The notes under the pieces are model-generated. The model had not been told where the DNA came from, did not search any database, and worked only from the letters and a program-made list of their open reading frames with translations. The translations under genes were made by a program, and so were the position numbers. Shown in pieces: positions 47,601-59,274 of a stretch of 64,000 nt of DNA (position 1 is its first letter; each line of letters starts with the position of its first letter). The DNA is from Perkinsus chesapeaki ATCC PRA-425. Taxonomy: Eukaryota; Protista; Perkinsozoa. The stretch covers positions 1-64,000 of the forward strand of contig JAAPAO010000035.1 of the NCBI GenBank assembly GCA_013115145.1, read 5' to 3'.

Positions 47601-48521
47601 AGTGATATCACGGAACCACCCCAGAGGCAAATCCCGATCTTACAGTGCAGCGCAATCGGCATTCTCCAAGTCGTGGACTTCAGTCCAATGGGACACAGGC
47701 TCCACTGGAGGCTCTATCTTCAACGACTGCTTGTCCTCACTCATCATCCGAGGCCGCAAGCCTACCACGGTGTAAGATGGTCTTTTACCCCCACTAAAGC
47801 TACCGCCATTGGCATGCCGAGCCCCGGTGCCGACAACACGGGCTCCTGCGAGGTACTCTCCTGTTAGCGGGTCCACGTCCATTCGGACAGCAATGCCGCC
47901 AATAGGGGCTGGCGCTTCACCGGGCAGACTGCAAAGATACTAAATAGGTCAAGATGATGACCTCCCCCACACACCCCTTCTCTTTTCGGTGATGATCCCC
48001 TTGCTGTGGCCCAAAATAAACATGAACCTGCATTACCGAAGTGAAACGGATCACACTGGCAAGTCTCACTTCGTTGTCGTCGAACTTCGACTTGTCCAGC
48101 TTCTCCCGAGCAGCATAAGCCGACTTAGTGTTCTTGAAGTTTACTACCATCTTTTCCTCAACCTTCTCAACATTCCTAATGACGCCCATTCCCACCCTCC
48201 CAGCCGTCCGCATCCATATTACACAACTTCACCGAATCGTCCGCATCTCATCTCCACTTCAGCCTCGTCTGTATCGTCCGGTGCGTTATAAATATACACC
48301 GTGCCTGATACAACGCCTGCAAGGCCTACTATCACACCATCACTACTGCTAGGCGGATTGCCAAGAAGCTCCTCGGCGTTCTGCGGGACTCCCTCCTGAC
48401 CGGCCATCACCGTATCAGTCGCACCGGCATCGTTGGCATCGGCCTCGTGCCTTGGTGAGAGCTGCTGTTGGCCACCGAAGTCCCCATAATCCACGAAGAG
48501 ATCCTCATCATGATCATCCAT
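44638..48521 (-). CDS. multi-RRM plus C-terminal SPOC protein (Spen/RBM15/FPA-like), multi-exon
   Basis: RRM-like exons (TVYIYNAP..RFGEV; MVVNFKNTKSAYAAREKL; YVLFGNLP; LWVGWSLP..AFASFG), RS-rich RDRSRSPRHHHH and SPOC-like YDKLCDYFISKDRVGFI...YYYLCPP. Confidence 0.7.
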
Positions 48522-48892
48522 TAATGAAGATATGAAGGCGAAGGGGAGGAGGAGGAAAGAACAAACGAGAGAGAGAAGTACAAGCCATAGTCTCAACAAC
48601 AAACCCAACAACAGCGCCCTCCTGGCTCCTGAAAAAAAGATTCAAATTCGCGAGCTTTAATTGCATGATAATAACGAGTCCACCATTTCAAGCTGTCAGC
48701 TCCGAGCATGATGCGCGCGTGATCCCGAACAATTCGCCTAAGTGCAGGAAATGCAGGAAAAAGTCCCGCTCATGCCAAAGGGCACACTTGTATGGAGCGC
48801 TGCGGCGGTGTGAATGCTTCTTTATTGTTACACGCTTTCCAACCAACAGTACTCAACGCTAAACAACTCGCTAAGAAACCATCACTCGAATT

Positions 48893-50097
48893 CTACAGGT
48901 TCAATTGCAATGCCTTAGGCGCACGGCTGGCAATCCGTTTGGTGTCGACCGTGGCACAAAACTCGGCGACGTTAGCGGTGCCTTCGGCTGCCAAAGCGAC
49001 GGCCCTACACTCGTCCTCAATTGTGGACCAGTGGGCCCGGAGAGCAGAGCCGTCTTCGCCGGCATCGGACATGGCGGTGATCCTGTCGCATATTGCTGAT
49101 ATCGACCGAAGGAGGGGCCTTGAGACTGGCACCTGATAAAAACAGAACATGGCCCAGGCGGAAGGAACGTAAGCCAGCGCTGAGATAAGTCCACTGTGGC
49201 GATGGAAGTCATGACGTCATCGCCCAACAGATCCACACTAAACCTCCGCATGTGACTCAGTCACAGAAGTGTCAGCCTGTGTGGATACAGCTTGTCCCAC
49301 AAGAAATATTACCAGCTCGAAAAGCCCAGAGATTTTTACTTAGCTGTGGTGAGCCGTGTTAGCATTTCCGATACGCATGGAGCCTCGTTAGAATAACCAC
49401 AAAGCTTGGTGCTCACCTCCTGGCGTTGAACAGCCTCCACGTACTGCAGTATGGACTCGACCTTCTTGCTCAGCATCGCGATTGCTCCCACTGTGGGCTC
49501 CACCAGATGCTCGTAGGTAGGCGTGGTTCTCGCGGCTTGCATGGCATTCTTCGTCACATGGGACACCGCAATGTTCTCGGCCTCGCTCTCTAAGCACGGG
49601 GTAACATCAAGCTCGATGAAGTTGCCGTCAACGCCCCTTTCGAAAGCCTGGATCGGCAAGGTTTCGCTTTCCCTGCTCAGCCAGGCAGACTCCTCGTCGG
49701 AACGCACCACAAGGGCCACCAGTGCGGAGTCACCACCACCGGCATCGGCTTCAATGATACTCTCCATGAACGAGTGAACCTCCGTGGACGGAGGGCCGCC
49801 AGGGCCTACTGAGTACCAACCAACGGCAGTCCACTGTGGGTAGATCTCACTGTACTGCCGAAGCCGTGTGCATGCGTGCTGCTTACATACCGTCTCTTCC
49901 GGTACGCATTGGAAACTGTTGGTTATAGTGATGTCGGTGCCGTCCGAATAGCCTATAAGAATTCCCCGAGTTGCGGTAATTGGTTGGGCGGCTACGGCGG
50001 TGCCAGAATAGCAGACTCGTGTCATGTGATCGGAGATGTTCAACAACGCCAATGGATGCACCTTCACCGTAGCAGCACGACAACGACGGCTCGACAT
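48893..50097 (-). CDS. COPS6: COP9 signalosome subunit 6 (MPN domain)
   Basis: VKVHPLALLNISDHMTR, GILIG...ITNSF, IYPQWTAVGWYSVG and EAENIAVSHV. The last exon reads LLRSISAICDRI. Confidence 0.8.
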
Positions 50098-50287
50098 GTT
50101 TAAAAAGACTAAGCAACTCGGGAAATCGAAGACCCCTCTGTGAAGAAATCGGATAATATTTCCGACATTCCCACTCAAATCATGCTCTAACTGCCAACGC
50201 GGAGAGCCCATAGATCGGACGTTGTCAAGTAACGGAAGAGCCGAAGAATGGGAAGCCCCAGCCTCTTCAACTCAACACCACAGGATT

Positions 50288-52087
50288 TCATCCCTCAACA
50301 GGTCCCTTCATGAAACTCATGTACGCATCCTCACCAAATGCTCTCGCCAAAACATTCCCTTCGCTGCCGGCTTGCTCCAATAACCGTGCCACTCGTCCTC
50401 GAACATCTCCAGCAAGTCCTCCATTAGGGAACGCCTCGCTGGCAACCGCGTGCCAGGAGAACGGGTAAGAACCATTTGTGGTCGAAAAGACCGGCTCTTC
50501 CACGTACTTCCGAGCACTGCTCTCGTCCAGCGCTATCTCAACCACGGTCTTTGCCGCCTCCCCAAAATCGTTGAAATCGTCCAAGTCAATGAAACTTGCA
50601 GGATTAAAGATGCTCCGAGCAGCGGAATCTCCGTAGTAGATAGGTATAGCTCCGGCAAGGAAGGCGTTAACGATCTTCTCGGTGACGTAACCAGGAGCAA
50701 CTCTGTTCTCCATGGCGATGACGAACTTATAAGGCTTGTAGATCTCAACTGCATCATCATAGAAGTTGCTGGAATATCGCTCCCTACGGCGACCGAGCTC
50801 ACGCGGAACTCCACTGCCATTGCACCGCGATAGAGCCTCCACTTCCAGGCCGAACGCCGATGCCGCCCGGAGCAACGCGAGATAGAAACGCTCCCTACTT
50901 TCAGAAGCGCAGTTGTGGGACAGATAAGCCGCGAATTTAGTTTTATTATCCCATATGGCTAGCCGGTCGCCGTGGAGCAGCTGCTCCATTGCAGCGTCCT
51001 TCCTTTGAGCGAAGGAAGTACTGGCGAAAGGTGCGTAGAAGAAACGGTCACCAAAGGCCATGCCGTGGTCCTGTGGACCGAGATAGATCCCGAGGTCGTA
51101 GGCGGGAAAGTTATGAATGCCGCTGTTCTTCCAGTGGGTCTCGCCGTCAACAAAAATAGCCACACCGCCAAAATTCACGGGAGGGTGCTCTCGGAAGATC
51201 CACACGTCCGCACACTCTACGTCGGCCTTAACCACTGCACCGTCGACGGCACCGAAGATGTGGCGCGCCATGGTCTCTGCGAAGTTGCCACCGAGATGAG
51301 CCGCTTCCTCGCTGGACCAACTCACAACCATGGCAGACTCGATCGCTGGGAGCCCATTAGCCTTGCGAATTCGACTTAGCAGTGCAAATAGAGGCCATCC
51401 AGAGTGCACGGACAGGCTGGCATTGAGCGGTCCCAGCCAATCAAGTATCATCGTAAGCCCTGAGGATGTCGGAGGACATCAGTATCCATCAATCGGCCTC
51501 ACCTCTCCGGGCCGAAAGTCTGCCGCGAGTTAGAGCATGGCACGTCAGAGCGTCAGCAGCCATTGCTAAGCCGACAGCCTGAGCAGGACCCTTCCGACAC
51601 GTGCTGGTCTTTAGAGCCAACCTTCGCTTCGCTATCATCCTCCGCACCGTCCACAACAGCCAGGGCCTCCACCATGGCCGAGCCTCGTCCCCTCAGCACG
51701 GCGTTCCAGGACAGTCGACGGGCCTCGTTGGACCGGAGAATCTCGGGCTCCAGCGAGGAACGCTCTACTTCTTCCAGGACTTCCGCGATGGGCCACTGCG
51801 AATCCAACAATCCGGCCATTCGGAAAGGACCTAGAACTGTTTGGGCCGGAAGAGGCGAACTAGCTCGACTTGCCGGAAGTGAGGCACTTCTCTCCAGTTG
51901 CCCAACATCTGACCAGTTCTGCTACAGCATCACTCTCAGCACCACAGGCACCACAGGCACCGTCGAGGGGGACTTGGCGGTCACCGAGCCATCGCCAAGC
52001 TGTCCGCAGAAGAGCCACGCAATCGGGATGATCGTCGGTATGCCCATAAGAGATGAGAAGCAAGAGAAGAGGGCAACGCATGAGCAT
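50288..52087 (-). CDS. GT10 alpha-1,3/4-fucosyltransferase
   Basis: 387-aa single exon 50288-51451 with KFAAYLSHNC and YKFVIAMEN...GYVTEKIVNAFLAGAIPIYYG...FNPASFI. A hydrophobic-leader ORF at 51860-52087 is probably exon 1. Confidence 0.88.
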
Positions 52088-52167
52088 ACATTACTTGAGC
52101 AAGAACGGAAAGTTTACGGAAATCAACATTGACATGTTACAATGAGACCGATTAACAAGCACGAAAC

Positions 52168-55100
52168 TCATGCATCCTGCGACCCGTCACTGTCCGAGGA
52201 TTCGGTATCCTCACCGGTCACCACCTGGCAAAGCGTTCCAGACACCGCTGGGGCTGAAATGCTGACCTGGCCGGGGTGACGTCCATTCACTAGATCATCC
52301 TTCTGTATCCGAAACAGCGATGCCAAGTCGACAGTTGGGACAGCTGCCTTTGGAGAGTCCCACGGTTCATCAGCCTCACCAGAGCTGCCCTGAGATGGCT
52401 CTCCTTCCTCCTCTTCCACGTCGGCCGCCTCCCTGGGTTCGTCCCTGATGGAGTGCTCGTATCATCCAAGAATCATTTCGTATCATTACGAATAGAAGAG
52501 GTCGAGATCGGCCAATGTCTCGACCATCGGCGGGGCCGGTTTGCTGATCCCCGTCGGAACGCGCACTCTCGATGACGTATCTTCACTGCGGAATGGCAGC
52601 CTTCCAGGAAGTAAGACTACGCTGTCGTTGAGCATCCCCGGATGATAGACTTCTCGCCACCGGTTCGAGTACACGTTCCCGAAGAGCGGACCGAGACGAC
52701 GCTGCAACCGAGGGCCCCTTCATGGCATTGAACGCCTGCCGAATGAAAACGCTCTCAGACGTCCGCCCTAGAGGCCCACCTGCTGCCGCTGTCTTTCCCC
52801 CTCAGCCGCCCGGCTCTGGTCGAACTGCAGTATTTCTTCGCAGCTGGACAGGGGGGTTTCGAGAACAAACGACAGCGACTGTAGGGGAACCTTTACAGGG
52901 GACAATCCGTGGAGCTCAAGTCCCCGGCGGTCCGACCTTGGTCGCTTCCTGTGTGGGCTCAGACGGAGTTAGTTCCCTACCGGCGGAAGCCATCACCGTA
53001 TCGCGACCGGTGAGCCACCGCGGGAGGTGAGCGTGGAGGTAGCCCCTCGCTAGTCTCTGTAGATCACACGTCACCTCCGCGTTGGCCGCCATGACCTGAC
53101 CGACTCTCGGGCCAGCGTGGTTTGGGACTAGCGACACCTTCTCCCAGCCGCCGGTGCACATTCCCCCATAAGCATCTTTCATCATCTTCATGATCGTCGC
53201 TGCGGACTTCAACCGAGGGTGGCCAGGGTCTCGGAGAGCAATCCCAAGCATGTGATCCACTATAGCGGAGAGGCGAGGGAGCAGTTCTGCGGCAACACAG
53301 AAGAAGAGGATTGGTCTATTGAGGGGTCTACGTCGAGAAATAACACCAGGGAACTCCTCGGCCATCAGAGCCTCGGCAGTCAGCGGTTCTTTTTGGCGGT
53401 CTTCCTTCCGAAGACTGTTCAGCTGATGGAACGCCCACAGGCGAATGCCGAGGACCATAACCTGTGGTGAAGTGGGAGACGGCCTGCCGCTACCGGTACT
53501 AGACACACCTGCAACTGGACCATCTCTTGCTCTCCGTCCCACCCCTTTACAAGACTGCGGAAGGTGTCGGCTACGGTATAGGCGCATGCCGACAGTCCTG
53601 AAGGTGCTCGGGCTGATCGGCTTCGACACGGTGCGCCCTACCATCCCTCTGCGCAAGCAGCCACACAACCGAGGCCCTCGCTGCTGGTGCAGTTAGAGAC
53701 TCTAGCGCCCGAGACAGTCCAACCAACACAGCTTCAACGTCTTTGGAGTTGCCACTTCGCTGCCGATGCTCTATTATCTCCCTCACCTAACCATCTGATG
53801 GTCCTCACGCACCCAGGCCACCCCTACGGCAACAACAGCCTCGTTAGCCAGTATCGGGCAGGCACTGTCCAGCATGCTGATCAGGCCGCCCATAACCCTG
53901 TCTGATGTGACCGGGTACTGTCTCGCAATGTGGGAGACCAGTGCCACCACCTTGGCAAGGAACCCTGTCAGACCTGGCCACTACACAATGTGCGACGATA
54001 ATGAAGAGCGCCCCTACCAGGCCGGTTCTGCCAGCGGACGTAGACTTGGAGTTCACCAAGAACATCATGCACGTTGGATTCGTCCACAAGTTCCCGGATA
54101 ACTGCGAGCTTAAGCTCGGCCACAAGAGGGCTGTCGTACGACCTGCGCAGCTGACTGCAGCAGCAGCACTAGTGCATCGTTGCTAGCTACATAAGAAAGA
54201 ACTTTCGCAGGTGCGGCCTGAACAGTAGCGCTCCACCGTCGCCATGTCGTACAAGTTCCAGCACGGTCTTGATCAGAGTTTCGGTAGCTTCGCTGCCGCG
54301 CGCCAAAACAAGCGCGCCTGAGCAGGAGGCTCCTCTAGGCTCCAGGCAGCGATAGGCTGACTTATCAGCTGCTGGCTGACGACTTGAGCGTAGTGTTTTT
54401 GGTCAAGGTCCCAGAGAACGCAGCATGCCAGATGGACAACAAACCGAGAGTGTGATAGCAACAGATGAGATGCCAGTACCTACGGACACCATAAAGTCGA
54501 GGAGTTAAGATGGTCTTCAATGTTCCGACAGGTCGGTCGGCGATCTCGGACGGTTTTTGCAAAACATTATTATGGAGCAGAACCAAACAGGGTGAAGGAG
54601 CATATTCAAGAGGACAGGGGCCGACTATAGATCTAGAGTTACTATATCTAAGACGAATCCTGAAATGCTGAGCTGACGGCTGATGAGCCCAAGAGCGAGG
54701 ATCGCCCACCTCCAGGAAGACACCACAGTGCTGATGGACGACCTCTTCACGGTTGTTGTTGAAGTGAAGCCGACAGTACCGATGTAACAGTTCTGAGCCG
54801 ACACGCCAAGGAGCAGCTACTATCGAGAAATCCACCAACCGATAGTGTAGTATTGGCCAAAAGGCTCCATCAAAGGCAGCAACTTCACAAGCCTCGGGTA
54901 GGCTGAATGAATCATGCTCAAGGACTCTTTGATTCTGTCGGTTCGCAAGGCATCATCCGAGTGCACTACAGGATAAACGCACAGACCTTCCCTCATCGTC
55001 TCAGCGCTAGGCGTGGGGTACCCTCCTGCTGGTCTCGAGGTAGACCATAGAGCTGGACGCATACAACGAAATAGGACATGACAGCTGCGCCAACTACCTG

Positions 55101-56470
55101 GAGGGATTGGTAAGCCTACTAGGGGGACTCACGTGGAACCTCACCAGTTCGGAACCGTCACTTGTCATCATTTTAAGGAGCAAGCTACGGACCAGCGGAA
55201 ACTGGTCAATGTCCGTGGTGAACACCTAAACCAGGCAGAACCGTTCGTGCTCAACAAACGGCACCACTCGGAATGCCCATTCACACGTGACATAAATTAC
55301 CGGGTATTCCTGCAACTCAGCCTCTTTAGAGTCAATGCAACACGATACACAAACGTGTGTGAAGTCCGCAAAGCGAAAATTTTCAAATTTTTTCTATGTA
55401 GAATTTCCAAATTACAGAGATATTAAAGCGACTTCATGCACCTCGCATTCCAGACTGACCTGTGGCAGGCACACAGCAGCTACAGACTTCCTCACATAAA
55501 CCGAGGAATCCACCGCAGCTTGATTGACTGCAGCCATAACCACCTGAGACAGCAGGTGGTCTGGCACAGTTCCACCCCCTGTTCCGTTTCAACTGCTCAC
55601 TTGTATCATCTCCAATACTCTTATCGCCGCCATACTCCTCAGACTTGCCGCTCGAACTAGAGCGCTTCTGGCATCTACCGAGTCCTTCTGGAAGGTGTTC
55701 ACACTCAACAAGGCCAGCTCCCGTCTAGCCTCAGCATGTGAGACGATCCAGGCGTACCTACAAGATGCCATTCCAACATGGCCCCTCCCTGGCCAGTCTC
55801 CTACACAAGCCTCTTCAATTCTAAATTGCTTATCGACATATTCTTAACGACCTCGCTGAACAAGTCGATGCAGATATTGGGGTTACCTGATATACAACAG
55901 AAGTGATGCCCCTGAGTATTATATATTTGCTACTACTACTATAAACTACCTATAGTACCAATAGTGTCAGCTATAGATGACAGATTAACAAGTGTCTGCA
56001 CTCATTGCTCATCTCACTGAGCAAAAATTTGCTATCCGGCCACGCAAAAAAGTTTGGCATCTCCTTCACATAGGGAAGGGATGCCTTGGCAGTATTGCCA
56101 CTATACAAGGATTTCTTCATGCTTCACCTTCTGGACCGTCATTATCTGCGCTACTTGGCAAGCGAGAACTTTGCCGAATTTCGCGAAACTTCTCCATGGA
56201 GTTGTCCGCCAAAACCCCGGCCAAAACAAGACGAATCAGAAAGACCAACAACCACCAAAGGAGAAGAGCAGCACCATAAAGGAGGCCCAATTGCTGACCT
56301 GAGGAGGCCTCCGCTGCCAGTAGCCGCCTCATAGCATCCAACTTAGCCTCTGTGGAGGGGCTATTGAGACCTCTCCTTATCTCTCCTTGACTTAGATTTA
56401 TCGATCCATTGAAGTACTTTGATTCCGAGAAGCTCGCCCCAGAAGATACGTGCTGCAACTGAAAGGACAC
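52168..56470 (-). CDS. AP3B: AP-3 complex beta adaptin, multi-exon
   Basis: ESKYF...EAKLDAMRRLLA, ELALLSVNTFQKD...ALVRAASLRSMAAIRV, PLMEPFGQYY and an acidic hinge-like C-terminus. Confidence 0.85.
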
Positions 56471-56688
56471 ACCCGCACCTTTCCCTGTTCCCAGCCAGCC
56501 TGCCGTACGTTGCTAATAACACTCTTAACGCCGTTAACGACGCTTGCAGCTCCCGCGGCTCCCCCGCTATACATGGTAAACTCCTGCGGCGCCCTCCTCC
56601 TGTGGGTAACTTTAACACAACAACAACAACTCCGGGGGAGAAGAGACATGCTTCCTGCTCGGCAGTTGATGCTAATTAGAGCGTGCCA

Positions 56689-58014
56689 TCAGCGAGTCGT
56701 CCACCTCAGCAGCTTAGCAGCAGCCAGTCCGACCAAAGGCGCCCCAATGGCCACACCTATCTGCCTCAGTATGGCCCTAGTGTTTCCCACAGCAGTGGCC
56801 GTCTCAACTTTAACTTCACCGCAGGCCACAGCCTTGATCTGGTCCGCCACAGCGCTGGCTGATTGAAAGCCGGCCTGGATGTCGAGAACAGTGCAATTGG
56901 CCAGCCTGCTATCGATGTTGCCCCGACCGTTGAGATGGGCGTCAGGATGCCAAGCGGCTCTCCATTGCCTAATAGCCGCCCCCACTGCGGTGCAGTTACT
57001 CGACGTGGCCAGCACTCGGGCCCACTTACCGTCCAGAGGTGATGTCATCACAGAGTTGAGAGTTCGAGCGCTGCACGCCAAAGGGAGCTGGGCCTTCACC
57101 CACTCCCCGGCCTCCACAGCCTTCTGGGCCACCGCGTCCAGACCGGCCGATACCGGCGGTAATCTTGTATAGAGCTCTATCATACCCGCACCAAGCGCGG
57201 CAATAGCGTCGAGTATTCGGGGCGCGCAGGAAACCAGGATACGGGTGCCAGCATCACCGGCCTTCTCGCCGAGTTGTGTCACACCTGCCAGCACGGGAGG
57301 GCCGAACTTGTTACAAAGAGTAGTGACGGAGAGGACAACGTCATCAGTTAGGGACTGCAGGTTCAGTAGGGATGGCAGGATGGCAGAGTACCACCAGTAC
57401 TGGGCAGAGAAGCCCACCGCCGAGCCGGCTCTCAGGACGGTCTTGCTCACTTCGCCGATCACTACCACCGCCGCATCCTTGCCAGGCGCTGCGACTCGTT
57501 GCATACCCGAGACCGCCCCGGTCCCCATCGCCACTGTGACGTCTCGACACACCGGGTAGACCTCTTTGACCAGCAGCTCTCCAGCGAAGCCGACTCCGCT
57601 CATCACAGACTGGACCACCGGGCTTGCACTGGTCCAGAGATCCCCGGCTCGAGAGCCAACCTCGGTCATCACCGGACGCAGCCTCTCGCCGGCCCCCTTT
57701 ACCGCCGCTCCCACAACGACGGCGGTCTCCTTTGCCTTCACCGAGGCGCTAGAAATAATGCTGATCGCTTTGGTGGCGCACCCGCTCAGTGTGCCGTTGG
57801 CTGCAAATAGATTGGCCAAAACGCCTACATTATCAGATGACATGAGACTAGTATCAGTTACATTAAAAGAAGTGGTATCTACAATAGGAGGATGATGAGA
57901 GCCACTGCTTTGAGAATCGCTGGTCACTAGGGTTTGTTCTTTAGCTTTGGGGACTGCTCCCAGGGCTGCTGACAGACTTAACATAGCCAAGGCCAGACAG
58001 ATGGAGTTGGTCAT
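56689..58014 (-). CDS. secreted/membrane protein with degenerate J-domain (HPD), intronless
   Basis: 441-aa ORF with signal peptide, long Ala/Gly/Val helical region, WARVL...AAIRQWRAAWHPD...AGFQ and a hydrophobic C-terminus. Confidence 0.7.
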   Translation of the reverse strand: MTNSICLALAMLSLSAALGAVPKAKEQTLVTSDSQSSGSHHPPIVDTTSFNVTDTSLMSSDNVGVLANLFAANGTLSGCATKAISIISSASVKAKETAVVVGAAVKGAGERLRPVMTEVGSRAGDLWTSASPVVQSVMSGVGFAGELLVKEVYPVCRDVTVAMGTGAVSGMQRVAAPGKDAAVVVIGEVSKTVLRAGSAVGFSAQYWWYSAILPSLLNLQSLTDDVVLSVTTLCNKFGPPVLAGVTQLGEKAGDAGTRILVSCAPRILDAIAALGAGMIELYTRLPPVSAGLDAVAQKAVEAGEWVKAQLPLACSARTLNSVMTSPLDGKWARVLATSSNCTAVGAAIRQWRAAWHPDAHLNGRGNIDSRLANCTVLDIQAGFQSASAVADQIKAVACGEVKVETATAVGNTRAILRQIGVAIGAPLVGLAAAKLLRWTTR

Positions 58015-58399
58015 TAGAGAGATAATACAAGGCCTTTTGGCGGCAAGGATTTCTTACTAAACCCGATTTGTTTGGTTTTTATCAAGATGTAAAGGGATCA
58101 TGGGATAGTGCATGTATACCCTCCATGAAGTGGAAGATACTCCAGAGCGAGACTCTTAATTACGGATTGCCTTAATATGCAGATAGGTAAGCCCACCAAG
58201 CCCACCGGACTTCTACCACGCACACTTGGTGGTGTTATAGATGGTCTCATTTTCCCCAGCAGCCCTACTAGTGTTTATCAACCGTTCCCTAAATATGACC
58301 ACCTTATAACACACTCAACTCGACTGCCCAATTTGCGAGGAAACTCTTTACGTTTTGCAGCCAGGGAATAAAGCTACGTGAACTGTGCAAACACCTCAT

Positions 58400-59100
58400 C
58401 AGCTGCCTGGTAAATCGGCTGGACCTCCTCCCTTATGAAACCAATGCTGGCTGGCGGCGCGATACCTGATGACCACATGCCGCTGGGAAAGCCCCACCAT
58501 CCCCTTACGGCCTCGCTTGCATTGGTAGTTCACTTCCCTATCAAACAGCTCCCTATCAGTGACCACCAGCATGTCATCCGGAGACACCCTCTTAGCCGTC
58601 TCGGCAAACATATTCGTACGGAACCTACCCATGCCGCCGCTCCTCACGCAACTTGCCCATAGAACTTACAGTTGAGCCAGCCGATAAACCGATGGAGAGT
58701 GGTGCCTCAGTAAGCACTCTAGCTCCCATAGAGAAGTCAACGGGATCACCTAATAACAACCCTTCCAGCCCCACAATGAACAACCCAAACTACTACCTTA
58801 ACAGCCTCATCCAGGCTCATCTCGGCCTTCCAAGGATCTTCCTCCAGCCTGGCATCTACCACAGCCATCAGCATGCATCCAGTGTGGCGGCGCCGCTCCA
58901 ATCTACCTGATCCCTCCACTCCTTTCCGACTAGCTTCCCCTTGGTCATGCACTAGCCCTCGACATGATGCAGGGCTCCGCTGCATAATAGTATAGGCTGC
59001 TGTTATCAGCCACATTACCACACTGTGGGACCGTACCTATACCAACAACAAATAAGACGGAGTTCTCCACCAAAGCACCACTTTCATCGAGCATATGCTT
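58400..59100 (-). CDS. possible small spliced hypothetical gene
   Basis: Exon-like segments flanked by AG/GT (DARLEEDPWKAEMSLDEAVK|gt; DPVDFSMG...AGST|gtaagt). Product unidentified. Confidence 0.3.
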
Positions 59101-59274
59101 CTCTCTTATCGACCTCTATAAATGACTTATGCAATTAAATAAATTATCCCTTTTCCCTATCTACTAGATTCTTGTTAGGGAAGTCAATTAATTCCCTGTT
59201 ATAAATCCAGCGGTTATCCCCTCCCCTGTATTTACACACCTCTATTTCCCATACGACTCACTAAACTATCATAT

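Noticed and set aside
58746-59021. Proteasome-subunit-like phrase LEEDPWKAEMSLDEAVK
   Set aside because: Too short, and the surrounding exons lack Ntn-hydrolase motifs. Left as hypothetical.
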